A stretch of 64,000 nucleotides of DNA from a virus (lineage: Duplodnaviria; Heunggongvirae; Uroviricota; Caudoviricetes). Position numbers and translations under genes: made by a program. The notes beneath the pieces are model-generated. The model was given only the letters and a program-made list of their open reading frames with translations. It searched no databases and was not told the origin of the DNA. The first letter of the stretch is position 1. Each line of letters starts with the position of its first letter. This document shows positions 27,335 to 35,978 of this stretch, one piece after another. Location of the stretch: positions 33,214 to 97,213 of the IMG/VR virus record IMGVR_UViG_3300028048_000100; one strand, written 5' to 3'.

Positions 27335-27723
27335 TTGTTTTTATAATAATTCCACAAGTCATCAGTTAGTGGCTGAAATTGGTGATAATCGTACGAATGT
27401 TCTTCTATCTGTCGCATCACCTCCCTAAATACATAATCAGCACACATATCGGCTGATTCTGTTGTGCCATTTAAAAACACTTGGTGACTTTGGTTGAATG
27501 TAATAGTCAAAGGACTCTTACTACGAAATACGACCCATATGTCCACTTGAAATGGAAATCTATCTGTTCGTTGCAGTACGCCTTTTTCAGTCTCACATGG
27601 ATCGAAACGAGAGTCCATGTAACGCTGTGCTATCCAATAATTCGCTTGCATACGAAACGAATCTTTAAGAGTCTCAGCCCAAGCCATGAACTCATTAGGT
27701 ATGTTATCTACGTCTTGGATCAT
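27331..27723 (-). CDS. IQD-leader paralog family protein
   Basis: Internal Met gives MIQDVDNIPNEF. The track ORF begins 7 codons earlier, at 27744. Confidence 0.6.
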   Translation of the reverse strand: MIQDVDNIPNEFMAWAETLKDSFRMQANYWIAQRYMDSRFDPCETEKGVLQRTDRFPFQVDIWVVFRSKSPLTITFNQSHQVFLNGTTESADMCADYVFREVMRQIEEHSYDYHQFQPLTDDLWNYYKNK

Positions 27724-28162
27724 AGTTCCTGAGATACTTTTCAATTATGTTCGTTATAGCTGCACTTTTATCCATCGCATCTCTGTTGATGGATTCAAGT
27801 GTGAACTCATTACTTCTTATTTCAGCAGCCAAATTAGCAGCTTTGACAAAATATTCCAGTTGGCCTTGATTGTACATAGATACTGTTTCACTGAGGGATC
27901 CTGAGTCTATGTATGAGTCGCCGTATTTAGTTGTCACATATTTGGGGTAGTATATATGCCCTCCGAACATGCGCGGATACTCTTTAATTGAACTGAACGT
28001 CTCAAAAACCACACAATCGTATCCAGCCTTGTCCTTGAATATCCATCTATTTCCAGATTCGGTCATCTCATATTCAAAGCCATGGCTGAAAAGGCTCTCA
28101 TTAGTTATCGGTAAGTTATCGATAATGTCCTGTTCAACTTGCTCATCAGTATCTTGTATCAT
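27704..28162 (-). CDS. IQD-leader paralog family protein (152 aa); intact copy of a tandem duplicate
   Basis: N-term MIQDTDEQVEQDIIDNLPITNESLF. The body is homologous to the split ORFs at 28167-28581. Confidence 0.7.
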   Translation of the reverse strand: MIQDTDEQVEQDIIDNLPITNESLFSHGFEYEMTESGNRWIFKDKAGYDCVVFETFSSIKEYPRMFGGHIYYPKYVTTKYGDSYIDSGSLSETVSMYNQGQLEYFVKAANLAAEIRSNEFTLESINRDAMDKSAAITNIIEKYLRNYDPRRR

Positions 28163-28166
28163 AACG

Positions 28167-28581
28167 TCACCCTTTCCAAAGGTAATCGGTTATTTCCTCG
28201 TTTAACTCCTTACTCTCTTGGGCAATGTACATTCTCAGTTTAGCAGCACGATGAGCTAATCTGATAAAACGCTCAAGTTGACCCTTCGTATATAAGTATG
28301 TTTTTCTAGTGTCTGATTTGACTGACCCTGGGCCTATCGAATGCTGCAACTGAGGGTAGGGGGATATTACATACGAGTTTACGTGGATAACCGTTTATCA
28401 AGCTGTCTCGTATGAGAAGTACATTCTCGTACCCAGATACATCTTTATAGACCCAACAGTTTTCAGGATTGGTGTTTGATATTCCTTTAAAATACAACCC
28501 ATTCCTGAAAAGATCGGCGTTTGTTATAGGCAGGTTATCTATAACATCTTTTTCCACTTGTTCATCACTTGCTTGTATCAT
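28167..28581 (-). pseudogene. frameshifted tandem duplicate of the 27704-28162 gene (IQD-leader family)
   Basis: ORF 28306-28581 (MIQASDEQVEKDVIDNLPITNADLF…GYPRKL) aligns to the N-terminal half of 27704-28162. ORF 28167-28349, in another frame (…GQLERFIRLAHRAAKLR), aligns to the C-terminal half (GQLEYFVKAANLAAEIR). The two frames overlap at 28306-28349. Confidence 0.5.
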
Positions 28582-28934
28582 AACACCACCTCCGTTACTA
28601 ATACCCTCATCTTACCACGCATATGACTATATCCTCGATTGATTCCACGGACATCGTATTGTCTGTTATATCGAGACCGAACATGCACTGTTTTGCCTAT
28701 GAGTACTATATCTTTTCTCGACATCCCTATAGGAGTCTCGTCAAAAATCACATCATCAGGATCCGCGTACACAGCCCAGGCTATAGGTGTCGATTGGAGA
28801 TCTACATATTGCTTATCTGATGCAAGCATATCCACAACCTCCATACCCAAGCTGTCGCGCAAGAACTCTTCAGTGAGGCGAAACATCTTACTATCTCGTT
28901 CTTCTAATATGTCCTTGTCATTTTGCTGAATCAT
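28578..28934 (-). CDS. IQD-leader paralog family protein (variant MIQQNDKDIL)
   Basis: N-term MIQQNDKDILEER. Confidence 0.65.
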   Translation of the reverse strand: MIQQNDKDILEERDSKMFRLTEEFLRDSLGMEVVDMLASDKQYVDLQSTPIAWAVYADPDDVIFDETPIGMSRKDIVLIGKTVHVRSRYNRQYDVRGINRGYSHMRGKMRVLVTEVVL

Positions 28935-29365
28935 ATCATATATCGTTCGCCGCTTTTAAGACGTGCCTTGACTGAGTAGTTTCCCAAATCAGTGTCATAA
29001 CCCCATTCCATAATGAAGTCCATGATTTTCTGAAAGTAGAACTCTGTGAGTGCATTAAGTTCTAATTTGTACATCTTGCGCTCCCGGTTAGTGTCTTGGA
29101 ATGAGATCTTGAACTGGAGAGGGCCGGTAATGTGGTGAAGCTCTTCATCAGTGATGCGAATCCCAGCATACTTATAGTTGACGTGATAGGTGATCTTGAC
29201 TTTTAGAGGCCATTTGCACCCACGTTTAGTTATGCCCCACTTGACATCGTCTTTAGTATTGTAAAACGACCCGAGTTCGCTTTTCAGTTGGCGTTTAAAG
29301 TTCTTGTAACCTTTCAATGCGCTAGCTGAATCTTTCAATAAGATATTGTCGTCTCCGGTAATCAT
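28931..29365 (-). CDS. IQD-leader paralog family protein (variant MITGDDNILL)
   Basis: N-term MITGDDNILLKDS; ATGA overlap with the upstream gene. Confidence 0.6.
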   Translation of the reverse strand: MITGDDNILLKDSASALKGYKNFKRQLKSELGSFYNTKDDVKWGITKRGCKWPLKVKITYHVNYKYAGIRITDEELHHITGPLQFKISFQDTNRERKMYKLELNALTEFYFQKIMDFIMEWGYDTDLGNYSVKARLKSGERYMI

Positions 29366-30117
29366 AGGTAGTGCGTATAAACGGCGCGTCCGTTGCTGTT
29401 AAGTGAAACACATGTGATCTTGTGACCCATATAGGACGCAAGGATGATATCGTCTTTATGCTTGTTGGCAATAGCAACTAAGTCGTTCTTGAACAATTGG
29501 TGTTTAGCTGTTACCTCTTCCAAGATGTCGATGAATAACTGCTTGAATGAGTTACTAGTCTTGACAATCTCATAAGCACGAGCAATGCAATCCCGGCACT
29601 GATCCTTCTCAATATGCTTGAGAGTAGCTTCTAAGTCACCCTCAGATCCGAACGTCTTGTATTCGTGCTTGATCCCTTCGAACTTCTTGAAGTCACCCTT
29701 CAATAACCACCCGATCATGTCCGCTCTTAGCTCATGTTCCAGATAGCATGCATGAGATTCGGATTCTTCATGTCCGGTCTTTTCTCTGATTCTTTTGTCA
29801 GCATTATTCTTACGATCCGCTCCTAAGAACATATAGCCACCGATAAACCCAGATACACAGCTGTATACGTGTGCGTCTTTGGTATAGTCACCATAATTGC
29901 GATGATAAAAACACCCAGCACTATCCTCAGCTTCGTTCTCGATAATAGTCAACTCAGTTAGCGTCCAATCGAGTACGTCATCTAGCAGGTCAAGGCGACC
30001 TCTGCTCTCAAGACACTCAATGGTCTTGTATATGAACATAGCAGCGTGCATTGCTTCGTGAGCTGCTGTGTCGATAGCTGATACTTTCTGTGGCACTAAT
30101 GCGTTAGATTGATCCAT
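29362..30117 (-). CDS. HExxH-motif protein, putative zinc metallopeptidase
   Basis: 'AAHEAMHAAM' HExxH motif near the N-terminus. The start is set at MDQSNAL (30117) because the track's earlier Met (30153) reads through the promoter motif. It is the first gene of the 25219-29365 paralog array. Confidence 0.45.
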   Translation of the reverse strand: MDQSNALVPQKVSAIDTAAHEAMHAAMFIYKTIECLESRGRLDLLDDVLDWTLTELTIIENEAEDSAGCFYHRNYGDYTKDAHVYSCVSGFIGGYMFLGADRKNNADKRIREKTGHEESESHACYLEHELRADMIGWLLKGDFKKFEGIKHEYKTFGSEGDLEATLKHIEKDQCRDCIARAYEIVKTSNSFKQLFIDILEEVTAKHQLFKNDLVAIANKHKDDIILASYMGHKITCVSLNSNGRAVYTHYL

Positions 30118-30139
30118 AGTGTTTGCATATTTAATTGTT

Positions 30140-30173
30140 ATATCTATATACAAACAAAAAGGAAATCTTTAGT
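30140..30173 (-). promoter_or_regulatory. conserved phage promoter-like motif (canonical copy)
   Basis: The minus strand reads GGGAATCACTAAAGATTTCctttttgtttGTATATAGATAT. Confidence 0.55.
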
Positions 30174-30181
30174 GATTCCCT

Positions 30182-30766
30182 TTAAATTTCATGCACATCA
30201 ATTATACTTTCGAGTGACATTTTGCGATGGTTGAGATCGCCCTTGATCTCATATCCGAAATTGATATAGCCTTCTTTGCAAAGCTCATCAAACAATTCCT
30301 TCATAATCCGGTCAATCTCCTTTTGATATTCCGCATCTGTACTTCTGCAACCATCTTTGACCAAACCAAACTCAACAGGGACATAACAAATGACTACTTC
30401 CGGGTTCTTCTCAAGCCATCTCTTTACTCGTCTCTTCTGCAACCAAGCCTCAAACACGAGCTTCATCTTCTCACCGCGAGAGAACGGACTGTAGTAGTCC
30501 ACCTTCTTGTGACGTGCCAAATAGGTTGTATATGCACATACATCGATTATTGAACGCGTAGACAAGAAGAAATTGCTTTCATCCAAAGCTTTCATATAAT
30601 CTTTAAATATTCGACGCTGTGTACTTGCGTTACCCTCTTTATTACTTGCCCCGCCATGAGCGATGACATTTCGAGCTATACCATCTATGATATCACACCG
30701 GTCTCTGAACAAGTTAGCGAGGGTTGTTTTGCCGGTGCCCTGTGCTCCTAATAAACATATCTTCAT
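30182..30766 (-). CDS. P-loop NTPase / kinase-like protein
   Basis: Walker A 'LLGAQGTGKTTL' at the N-terminus of a 194-aa protein. Confidence 0.55.
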   Translation of the reverse strand: MKICLLGAQGTGKTTLANLFRDRCDIIDGIARNVIAHGGASNKEGNASTQRRIFKDYMKALDESNFFLSTRSIIDVCAYTTYLARHKKVDYYSPFSRGEKMKLVFEAWLQKRRVKRWLEKNPEVVICYVPVEFGLVKDGCRSTDAEYQKEIDRIMKELFDELCKEGYINFGYEIKGDLNHRKMSLESIIDVHEI

Positions 30767-30790
30767 GACTGTATAATAAAAATTACGTTA

Positions 30791-30865
30791 TTGCGCGTTT
30801 ATTTGCGATTTAACAAAAGATCTCCGCAAAGTAATATAAGTCATTACTTAAAGCGGAGATCTTTT
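30791..30865. promoter_or_regulatory. conserved element TTGCGATTTAAC-N4-GATCTC (copy 2) embedded in a 13-bp perfect hairpin
   Basis: ttgcgcgtttatTTGCGATTTAACaaaaGATCTCcgc … gcgGAGATCtttt. The stem is 30815-30827 / 30853-30865, with an inner 7-bp hairpin aagtaat/attactt. Confidence 0.5.
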
Positions 30866-31074
30866 TATATACGCGAGATTTTTAAGTTCGGATGATTCTC
30901 GCCAATCTGGATTATCTTGGATCCAGTATCTACTGAGAACACAATCTCGTTTCCTTCTATGCTATAGTCGCAAACAGTGCCGTCCAGGTTCAGCGGGATG
31001 ATACACTCACAATGAAAATGGAAGCGCTTGCCTAGCATACTCTTGGCTAGATAGTCTTTTATCGGTTCTTCCAT
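30865..31074 (-). CDS. small hypothetical protein (69 aa)
   Basis: ORF coupled to the neighbouring gene. Confidence 0.35.
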   Translation of the reverse strand: MEEPIKDYLAKSMLGKRFHFHCECIIPLNLDGTVCDYSIEGNEIVFSVDTGSKIIQIGENHPNLKISRI

Positions 31075-31301
31075 AAGTAGTTCTTGAAGTATTTCAGCTC
31101 ATCAGTATATCCGAACAAATGGATAAAAGACTCATCTACAAACCTCAGCATGGCCTGCAGCACACGGTTGGGACTTTCGATTATCTTATGAGAGATGATG
31201 TGCTGTATGATACCGTTCTTCTTGTAATCATATGGCTGATGCAACTTACTCTCGAACTTATCGTAGTCGCGGAATCTATGTCCATTCTGATATGCTTTCA
31301 T
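31059..31301 (-). CDS. small hypothetical protein (80 aa)
   Basis: ORF ending 2 nt before 31303-31980. Confidence 0.4.
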   Translation of the reverse strand: MKAYQNGHRFRDYDKFESKLHQPYDYKKNGIIQHIISHKIIESPNRVLQAMLRFVDESFIHLFGYTDELKYFKNYLWKNR

Positions 31302-31302
31302 C

Positions 31303-31980
31303 TTATTCTAATGTTACGTTTTTTGATTCGATCTTAGAGATTTTATCCTCCCACATAGCTACATTGATGCATTCCGATGCCGGTATAGTGTATGGACTAG
31401 TCTTTAGTGATGTCTTGAGTAGCTTGAACTGTTGAGTTATGCTATTCAAGATAGGTATCAACTCATCTGCAAAGGTACCTGTATGACTACTCTTGCCATC
31501 TGCATTGCCGAGAGATATGTTATCCGAGTTGATAGTTATGGTTCGGTTTGGATTTGGATGCTGTATGATGATATCCCCATCAGCGTTGATGTTAATCTTC
31601 GACTTGTCTCGAGACATCACCCATCCAGACCCGTCAGAGAAGTACAACGTGCCCCAAGATCCATTCACGTCACGATTGACTAGTATATCGATGTCTCCTT
31701 CATCATCCACTAAGAGTTTCTTGTCGTCATCTAAGTTGTCCTTGCGAACCCAATATAGTTGCTGATCGTTGTCAGTGAAGTTAATCACCCACACTTCTTC
31801 AGATTCAACAGGAGAAGAAAACTCATTCTTGTGCCCTAGAAACAATGGGTAAACTGGCGGAAGCTTATCTGGGTCGTCAGTTATTGAGAACAAGCCCGGT
31901 GCCTCTACCTTGATAGTCCCTTTAGTATCTACTACTTTGAGTACCGTCGCCGGTCTCATTGTTGCATTTCCCCACTTCAT
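31303..31980 (-). CDS. candidate baseplate spike/hub protein (gpV/gp5-like OB-fold N-terminus)
   Basis: The N-terminus 'ATVLKVVDTKGTIKVEAPGLF…' resembles phage spike OB domains. Weak. Confidence 0.3.
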   Translation of the reverse strand: MKWGNATMRPATVLKVVDTKGTIKVEAPGLFSITDDPDKLPPVYPLFLGHKNEFSSPVESEEVWVINFTDNDQQLYWVRKDNLDDDKKLLVDDEGDIDILVNRDVNGSWGTLYFSDGSGWVMSRDKSKININADGDIIIQHPNPNRTITINSDNISLGNADGKSSHTGTFADELIPILNSITQQFKLLKTSLKTSPYTIPASECINVAMWEDKISKIESKNVTLE

Positions 31981-31983
31981 GAT

Positions 31984-32727
31984 TTACGATATCATTCTCA
32001 TATTTGTGTCAGAATCTCCACTCATATTAACAGTACTCGAAAGTTTCCTTATATAGTGATCTACTTGTACTACAGTTCTCATATCATATACAGGCATGTA
32101 AGTCTCTACGGCAAGCTGCAGACTGATCTTGCGATCTTTATTGTCTGAAGTAGTACCGTCAATCTGCATGTTATACTCTGCATCCATAGACTCTGGGATA
32201 ACATAGGAAAACTTAATGTGTTGACCCATATATACAACACTTGCAGTCCTAATGAAACTGAGTTTGGTTATAATCTGCTGAATAAGTTCCAATGCGTCTG
32301 TATAAGTGTCCAAGTAATAATTCAAATCGAACGACATAGTCAGTGGATATCTACGGAACTCTGCAGTGAAAGTAGTGACACCTTCTTCGTGTTCTAATTG
32401 GAATTGACCTTGAGAGTACGGAGACGTGAGCTGGTCCGGGATAAGGTTGATGCCCTTCGGCTCTACAATACAACGAGGTTTAACGCTGTACACGTAGTCC
32501 TCATTGGATACTTGTCCTGGTTCAACAGCTGCGTTTTGACCCTTTACACCAAGCCACATAGTATCATCACCAGTATTTAAGATGAAATGTGGTACGCCTG
32601 CTCCTCGAACTGTTATGTCCTTCTTGAGTTGCTGCATAACACCTTTGATGAGGATCATGAAGAAGAGAGATTGATTGTTGATATCAATCTCACCCCTTCT
32701 AATCTTATTAGTTAACGCAGTATCCAT
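31984..32727 (-). CDS. hypothetical tail/baseplate-module protein (247 aa)
   Basis: Coupled between the 1055-aa protein and the gpV-like gene. Confidence 0.4.
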   Translation of the reverse strand: MDTALTNKIRRGEIDINNQSLFFMILIKGVMQQLKKDITVRGAGVPHFILNTGDDTMWLGVKGQNAAVEPGQVSNEDYVYSVKPRCIVEPKGINLIPDQLTSPYSQGQFQLEHEEGVTTFTAEFRRYPLTMSFDLNYYLDTYTDALELIQQIITKLSFIRTASVVYMGQHIKFSYVIPESMDAEYNMQIDGTTSDNKDRKISLQLAVETYMPVYDMRTVVQVDHYIRKLSSTVNMSGDSDTNMRMIS

Positions 32728-35700
32728 TATCTTCTACGTATGCTATTTACTGTTGTTCGTACTACTGGTGCAAACTTTGTTTGTTTAGCAATAGTATCTT
32801 TTGGAATCTTTGCTATGACAGAGCTGTACTTAGTAATATTGTTAGTTTGTGATTCAACAATCTTCTTGTGAAGTGACTTGTTCTCTTCTGTTGAGTTGTT
32901 AACGATCTTGAAGTAATAGTTAGTCGGGTCATTAAACAGTGATAGACGAATATCGAACTGCACCTCAAGCTCATCATTTGAGTATGTATATCCATCATCG
33001 CTAATCTTATAGAATGAGAACCAGAATGGTAAGATCAAACTCTCGCCAGGTTCCAGTGTCTTAAAGCTACGTGCACTATCAGAATTAACGAATAGCTGAC
33101 TCATACTCTTAGTAATCATTGGAGCATATTGTGGCTCTTTCATGTCCTCTGTAATGACACCCTTGAGCTCGCGATCAGCATATACATCTTTTGAACGGAA
33201 GTACATGAACTGATTGTTATGCTGTTTGTTGAAGCGATATACTCCAATAGCTCCTGAAGATCCCTCATTAGTATCTGTAGCCTTTAAGCCGATAGAAGCA
33301 CTGGTATAATTGTTCAACAAGATACGTGTGTTGTCATAAGAATCCTTGTTGCTATAGCTTCTCGGATTCTCAGGATCTGTGATGATACGAGTTCTGCTAC
33401 CGGGGAACAATGAGTAGATGTTCACTGTTCTTGTGGATGTGTTTGTGATCTGGATGTTAGCAATGTTAGAATACTTATATGCCTCTTCGCGATCGATTGG
33501 TTCAGTTTTACTGCTCTTATCAACACTAACATTGACTACATTATCTACATCCTTGGCAATAAGGGTAGATGTACTTGCAAAGATAAACTCAATCTTCAGA
33601 TTGTCTGAGTTAGATCCATACACAGCATCTTCCAGAGAAACAATCGCATTATCCATAGATGATAGCTTATCCTTCAAAGGAATAACACGACGTTCAGCCG
33701 TGTAGAAACCTGAAGATATGTGCTCAGGGTGGTGGAAGTATACCAAATCCTGATCACTCAACTTATCGTTTACATGGTCATTTACACCTTCATCTATCAG
33801 TATGTTCTTAAAGCGATTGGTTTCAATATCGCTATTATTTTCTTCGATGATGGTTAGGACCTGTACGTCCTTAAGTAATTCATCTGGGAACTCTACATTA
33901 ACAATATTACTCCAATCACTGGTGGTCTCAATAAACGGCGCACCAAAGTCCCAAACAATCTTGAGGCGAATATCCACAGTCTCTCCCTGAGTGATAGGTA
34001 TATCAATCTGGTTGAATGATGGTACGTTCTTATCGTCTGTTGTAACAACCTCTGCCCCATTCACATAATCTGGATAATCAAACGTATATTGGCTATCCGC
34101 ATCGCAAGAAGGATTCTTTACACGATTGAATCCAGGCATGATGTTCCAGTCAGAGAAGATAAACTTACCATTCTGGAGGCTATCCGCATTGCCTACTGCG
34201 CGATCTTTGTTCTTATAACGATATTGAACTTGAATTGCTCGGATATGCTTCATGAACTGCGCAATCTCTGTGTCGCCCTGTGCCAAAGTAACCCAATCGA
34301 AATATCCGCGAATGTGGTACTTCGCATTCTCAATAGGCACCTCACTTTGGTTAGCTGCTAATGAAATCTCAGAGATAACATTGTTGATGGCAGTCACAAT
34401 CTCATTCTTCTTTGCAGTATTTTCACTTAACTGTGATTCGTATAGCGTGCGAATGTTTGAAGTATCATCGAATGTGTTAGAAGCAAGAGTGGATTGTATC
34501 TCAGAAATCTTCTTCTGTACCTCATCCAATTTTAATTCATACTGCTTTTTCTGCGAATATAGGCTACGAATGCGCTGTACTGTCGGAGAATCGTTGAGGT
34601 GTTTATTGATTTGAATCACACTCAAGTCGTTAGCACTGAGTGTCGGCTTGTATTGTGTAAATGTATCGAAATCCTCCTTCGGATATTTTGTGATGTTAGT
34701 GTCGATTATTGCCACAATCTCGGCCAGAATATCGCCAATATTCTTGACGTTATCCTTGTAGAATGTTTGATAGCTTTCAGTTTCCTTAACAGCATTCTTG
34801 ATGCGATATGAGTCAACTACTACACCATCTCCCCAAGGAGATTGAACATTCATGCGGTCGTTGAGAGCTGCGATGAATACTCCGATGTATTGATTCTCCT
34901 CAAGAGTAACATCCATATATTTATCTTTGCTGTAGTCACGATCTGAGAAGAAGCGTAACTTGTGCAAATCCTGAATATTCTGAAGCTCAGTTTCTGCGCC
35001 TGTATATGGTGCGATGTCGAGGTAATCACCATTAACGATATTGAGAACTAATTGATTTGTACTCATATTAACGTCAACGATCTGAAGTTTAACCCGGCCG
35101 TCATAAGTAGTCAAGTACTGACCTGGCTCTAGTTCAACGTCGATTGTCTCATCGAACTTCTTGTAGTATAGTTGAGTATTCTCTGCAAACTTGAGAGTAA
35201 GCTGCTGAGTTAAATCACTAAGAGTCTCGTCTTTAATGATCTCAGTAATGACATAGGTACCAGTGCCGATTGCTTGACGAACGGGTAGCTGTTTTACCGT
35301 ATCATACTCCTCGTAATCTACACCTTTATTTAGTACAGCCAGCTGCTTGTACAACTCTCTATATGGAACTGATACTGAATACTCATCAATACCCACTTCC
35401 GTATCGATGTGGATGTAGGATCCTAACACAGCCTTAGCGCGAGCAGTGATTGGCACAACTTTCTTAACGATTACTTTTGAGATATCGTCAGGAAGTGTTG
35501 TCAAATCAAAGCGTACGTAAGCATTTGGGGTGATCATGTCTTTGAAGAAGTTAGTATCCTCATATAAGAACTTCTTCGCATTGTCTGGTTTGAGGTATAG
35601 AGCATTTGGCGTGTTGTTGAAACCACGCACCTGAATTGTCTTTGAATTACCGTCGAATTGGAAATATGCCTCACCAGCAGCCGGAGCATTGACAAGGTTA

Positions 35701-35894
35701 TACAAACTCTCCTGAAGAGCATTGATTTTGTTCTCCAATGATAGGAAAGAAGGGATAACGAATTTGTTATCAGACATACTAACAACTAAGTGCTCTTTCT
35801 TAGTAAAGAATGAATCATTGAGTGTCTTGAGAATGTCTAGGTTTTGCTCGGTAAGCTCCTCTAGTCTTTTTATGGCTTCGGTTAAACTTGTCAT
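32727..35894 (-). CDS. large virion protein (1055 aa), tail/baseplate candidate
   Basis: Very long ORF with a coiled-coil-like N-terminus. No enzymatic motifs seen. Confidence 0.55.
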   Translation of the reverse strand: MTSLTEAIKRLEELTEQNLDILKTLNDSFFTKKEHLVVSMSDNKFVIPSFLSLENKINALQESLYNLVNAPAAGEAYFQFDGNSKTIQVRGFNNTPNALYLKPDNAKKFLYEDTNFFKDMITPNAYVRFDLTTLPDDISKVIVKKVVPITARAKAVLGSYIHIDTEVGIDEYSVSVPYRELYKQLAVLNKGVDYEEYDTVKQLPVRQAIGTGTYVITEIIKDETLSDLTQQLTLKFAENTQLYYKKFDETIDVELEPGQYLTTYDGRVKLQIVDVNMSTNQLVLNIVNGDYLDIAPYTGAETELQNIQDLHKLRFFSDRDYSKDKYMDVTLEENQYIGVFIAALNDRMNVQSPWGDGVVVDSYRIKNAVKETESYQTFYKDNVKNIGDILAEIVAIIDTNITKYPKEDFDTFTQYKPTLSANDLSVIQINKHLNDSPTVQRIRSLYSQKKQYELKLDEVQKKISEIQSTLASNTFDDTSNIRTLYESQLSENTAKKNEIVTAINNVISEISLAANQSEVPIENAKYHIRGYFDWVTLAQGDTEIAQFMKHIRAIQVQYRYKNKDRAVGNADSLQNGKFIFSDWNIMPGFNRVKNPSCDADSQYTFDYPDYVNGAEVVTTDDKNVPSFNQIDIPITQGETVDIRLKIVWDFGAPFIETTSDWSNIVNVEFPDELLKDVQVLTIIEENNSDIETNRFKNILIDEGVNDHVNDKLSDQDLVYFHHPEHISSGFYTAERRVIPLKDKLSSMDNAIVSLEDAVYGSNSDNLKIEFIFASTSTLIAKDVDNVVNVSVDKSSKTEPIDREEAYKYSNIANIQITNTSTRTVNIYSLFPGSRTRIITDPENPRSYSNKDSYDNTRILLNNYTSASIGLKATDTNEGSSGAIGVYRFNKQHNNQFMYFRSKDVYADRELKGVITEDMKEPQYAPMITKSMSQLFVNSDSARSFKTLEPGESLILPFWFSFYKISDDGYTYSNDELEVQFDIRLSLFNDPTNYYFKIVNNSTEENKSLHKKIVESQTNNITKYSSVIAKIPKDTIAKQTKFAPVVRTTVNSIRRR

Positions 35895-35978
35895 TTTACT
35901 ATACTTTAATACATAAATAATAAAGTGCAGACCTAACTTTTCTAAAAGAATTTAGATTAGTAACCTTATTATAATTAC

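Noticed and set aside
29362-30153. The track ORF starts at 30153 (MYIDITIKYANTMDQ…). The same pattern gives 55259-55669 (MYIDIEPNNLHMNN…) and 11781-12260 (MCIYRYMIMKIY…).
   Set aside because: The first 12-13 codons are a translation of the conserved promoter motif GTATATAGATAT itself. The internal Mets (30117, 55292, 12236) are the real starts. The similar 'MYIDI' N-termini are a DNA-motif artefact, not a protein family.
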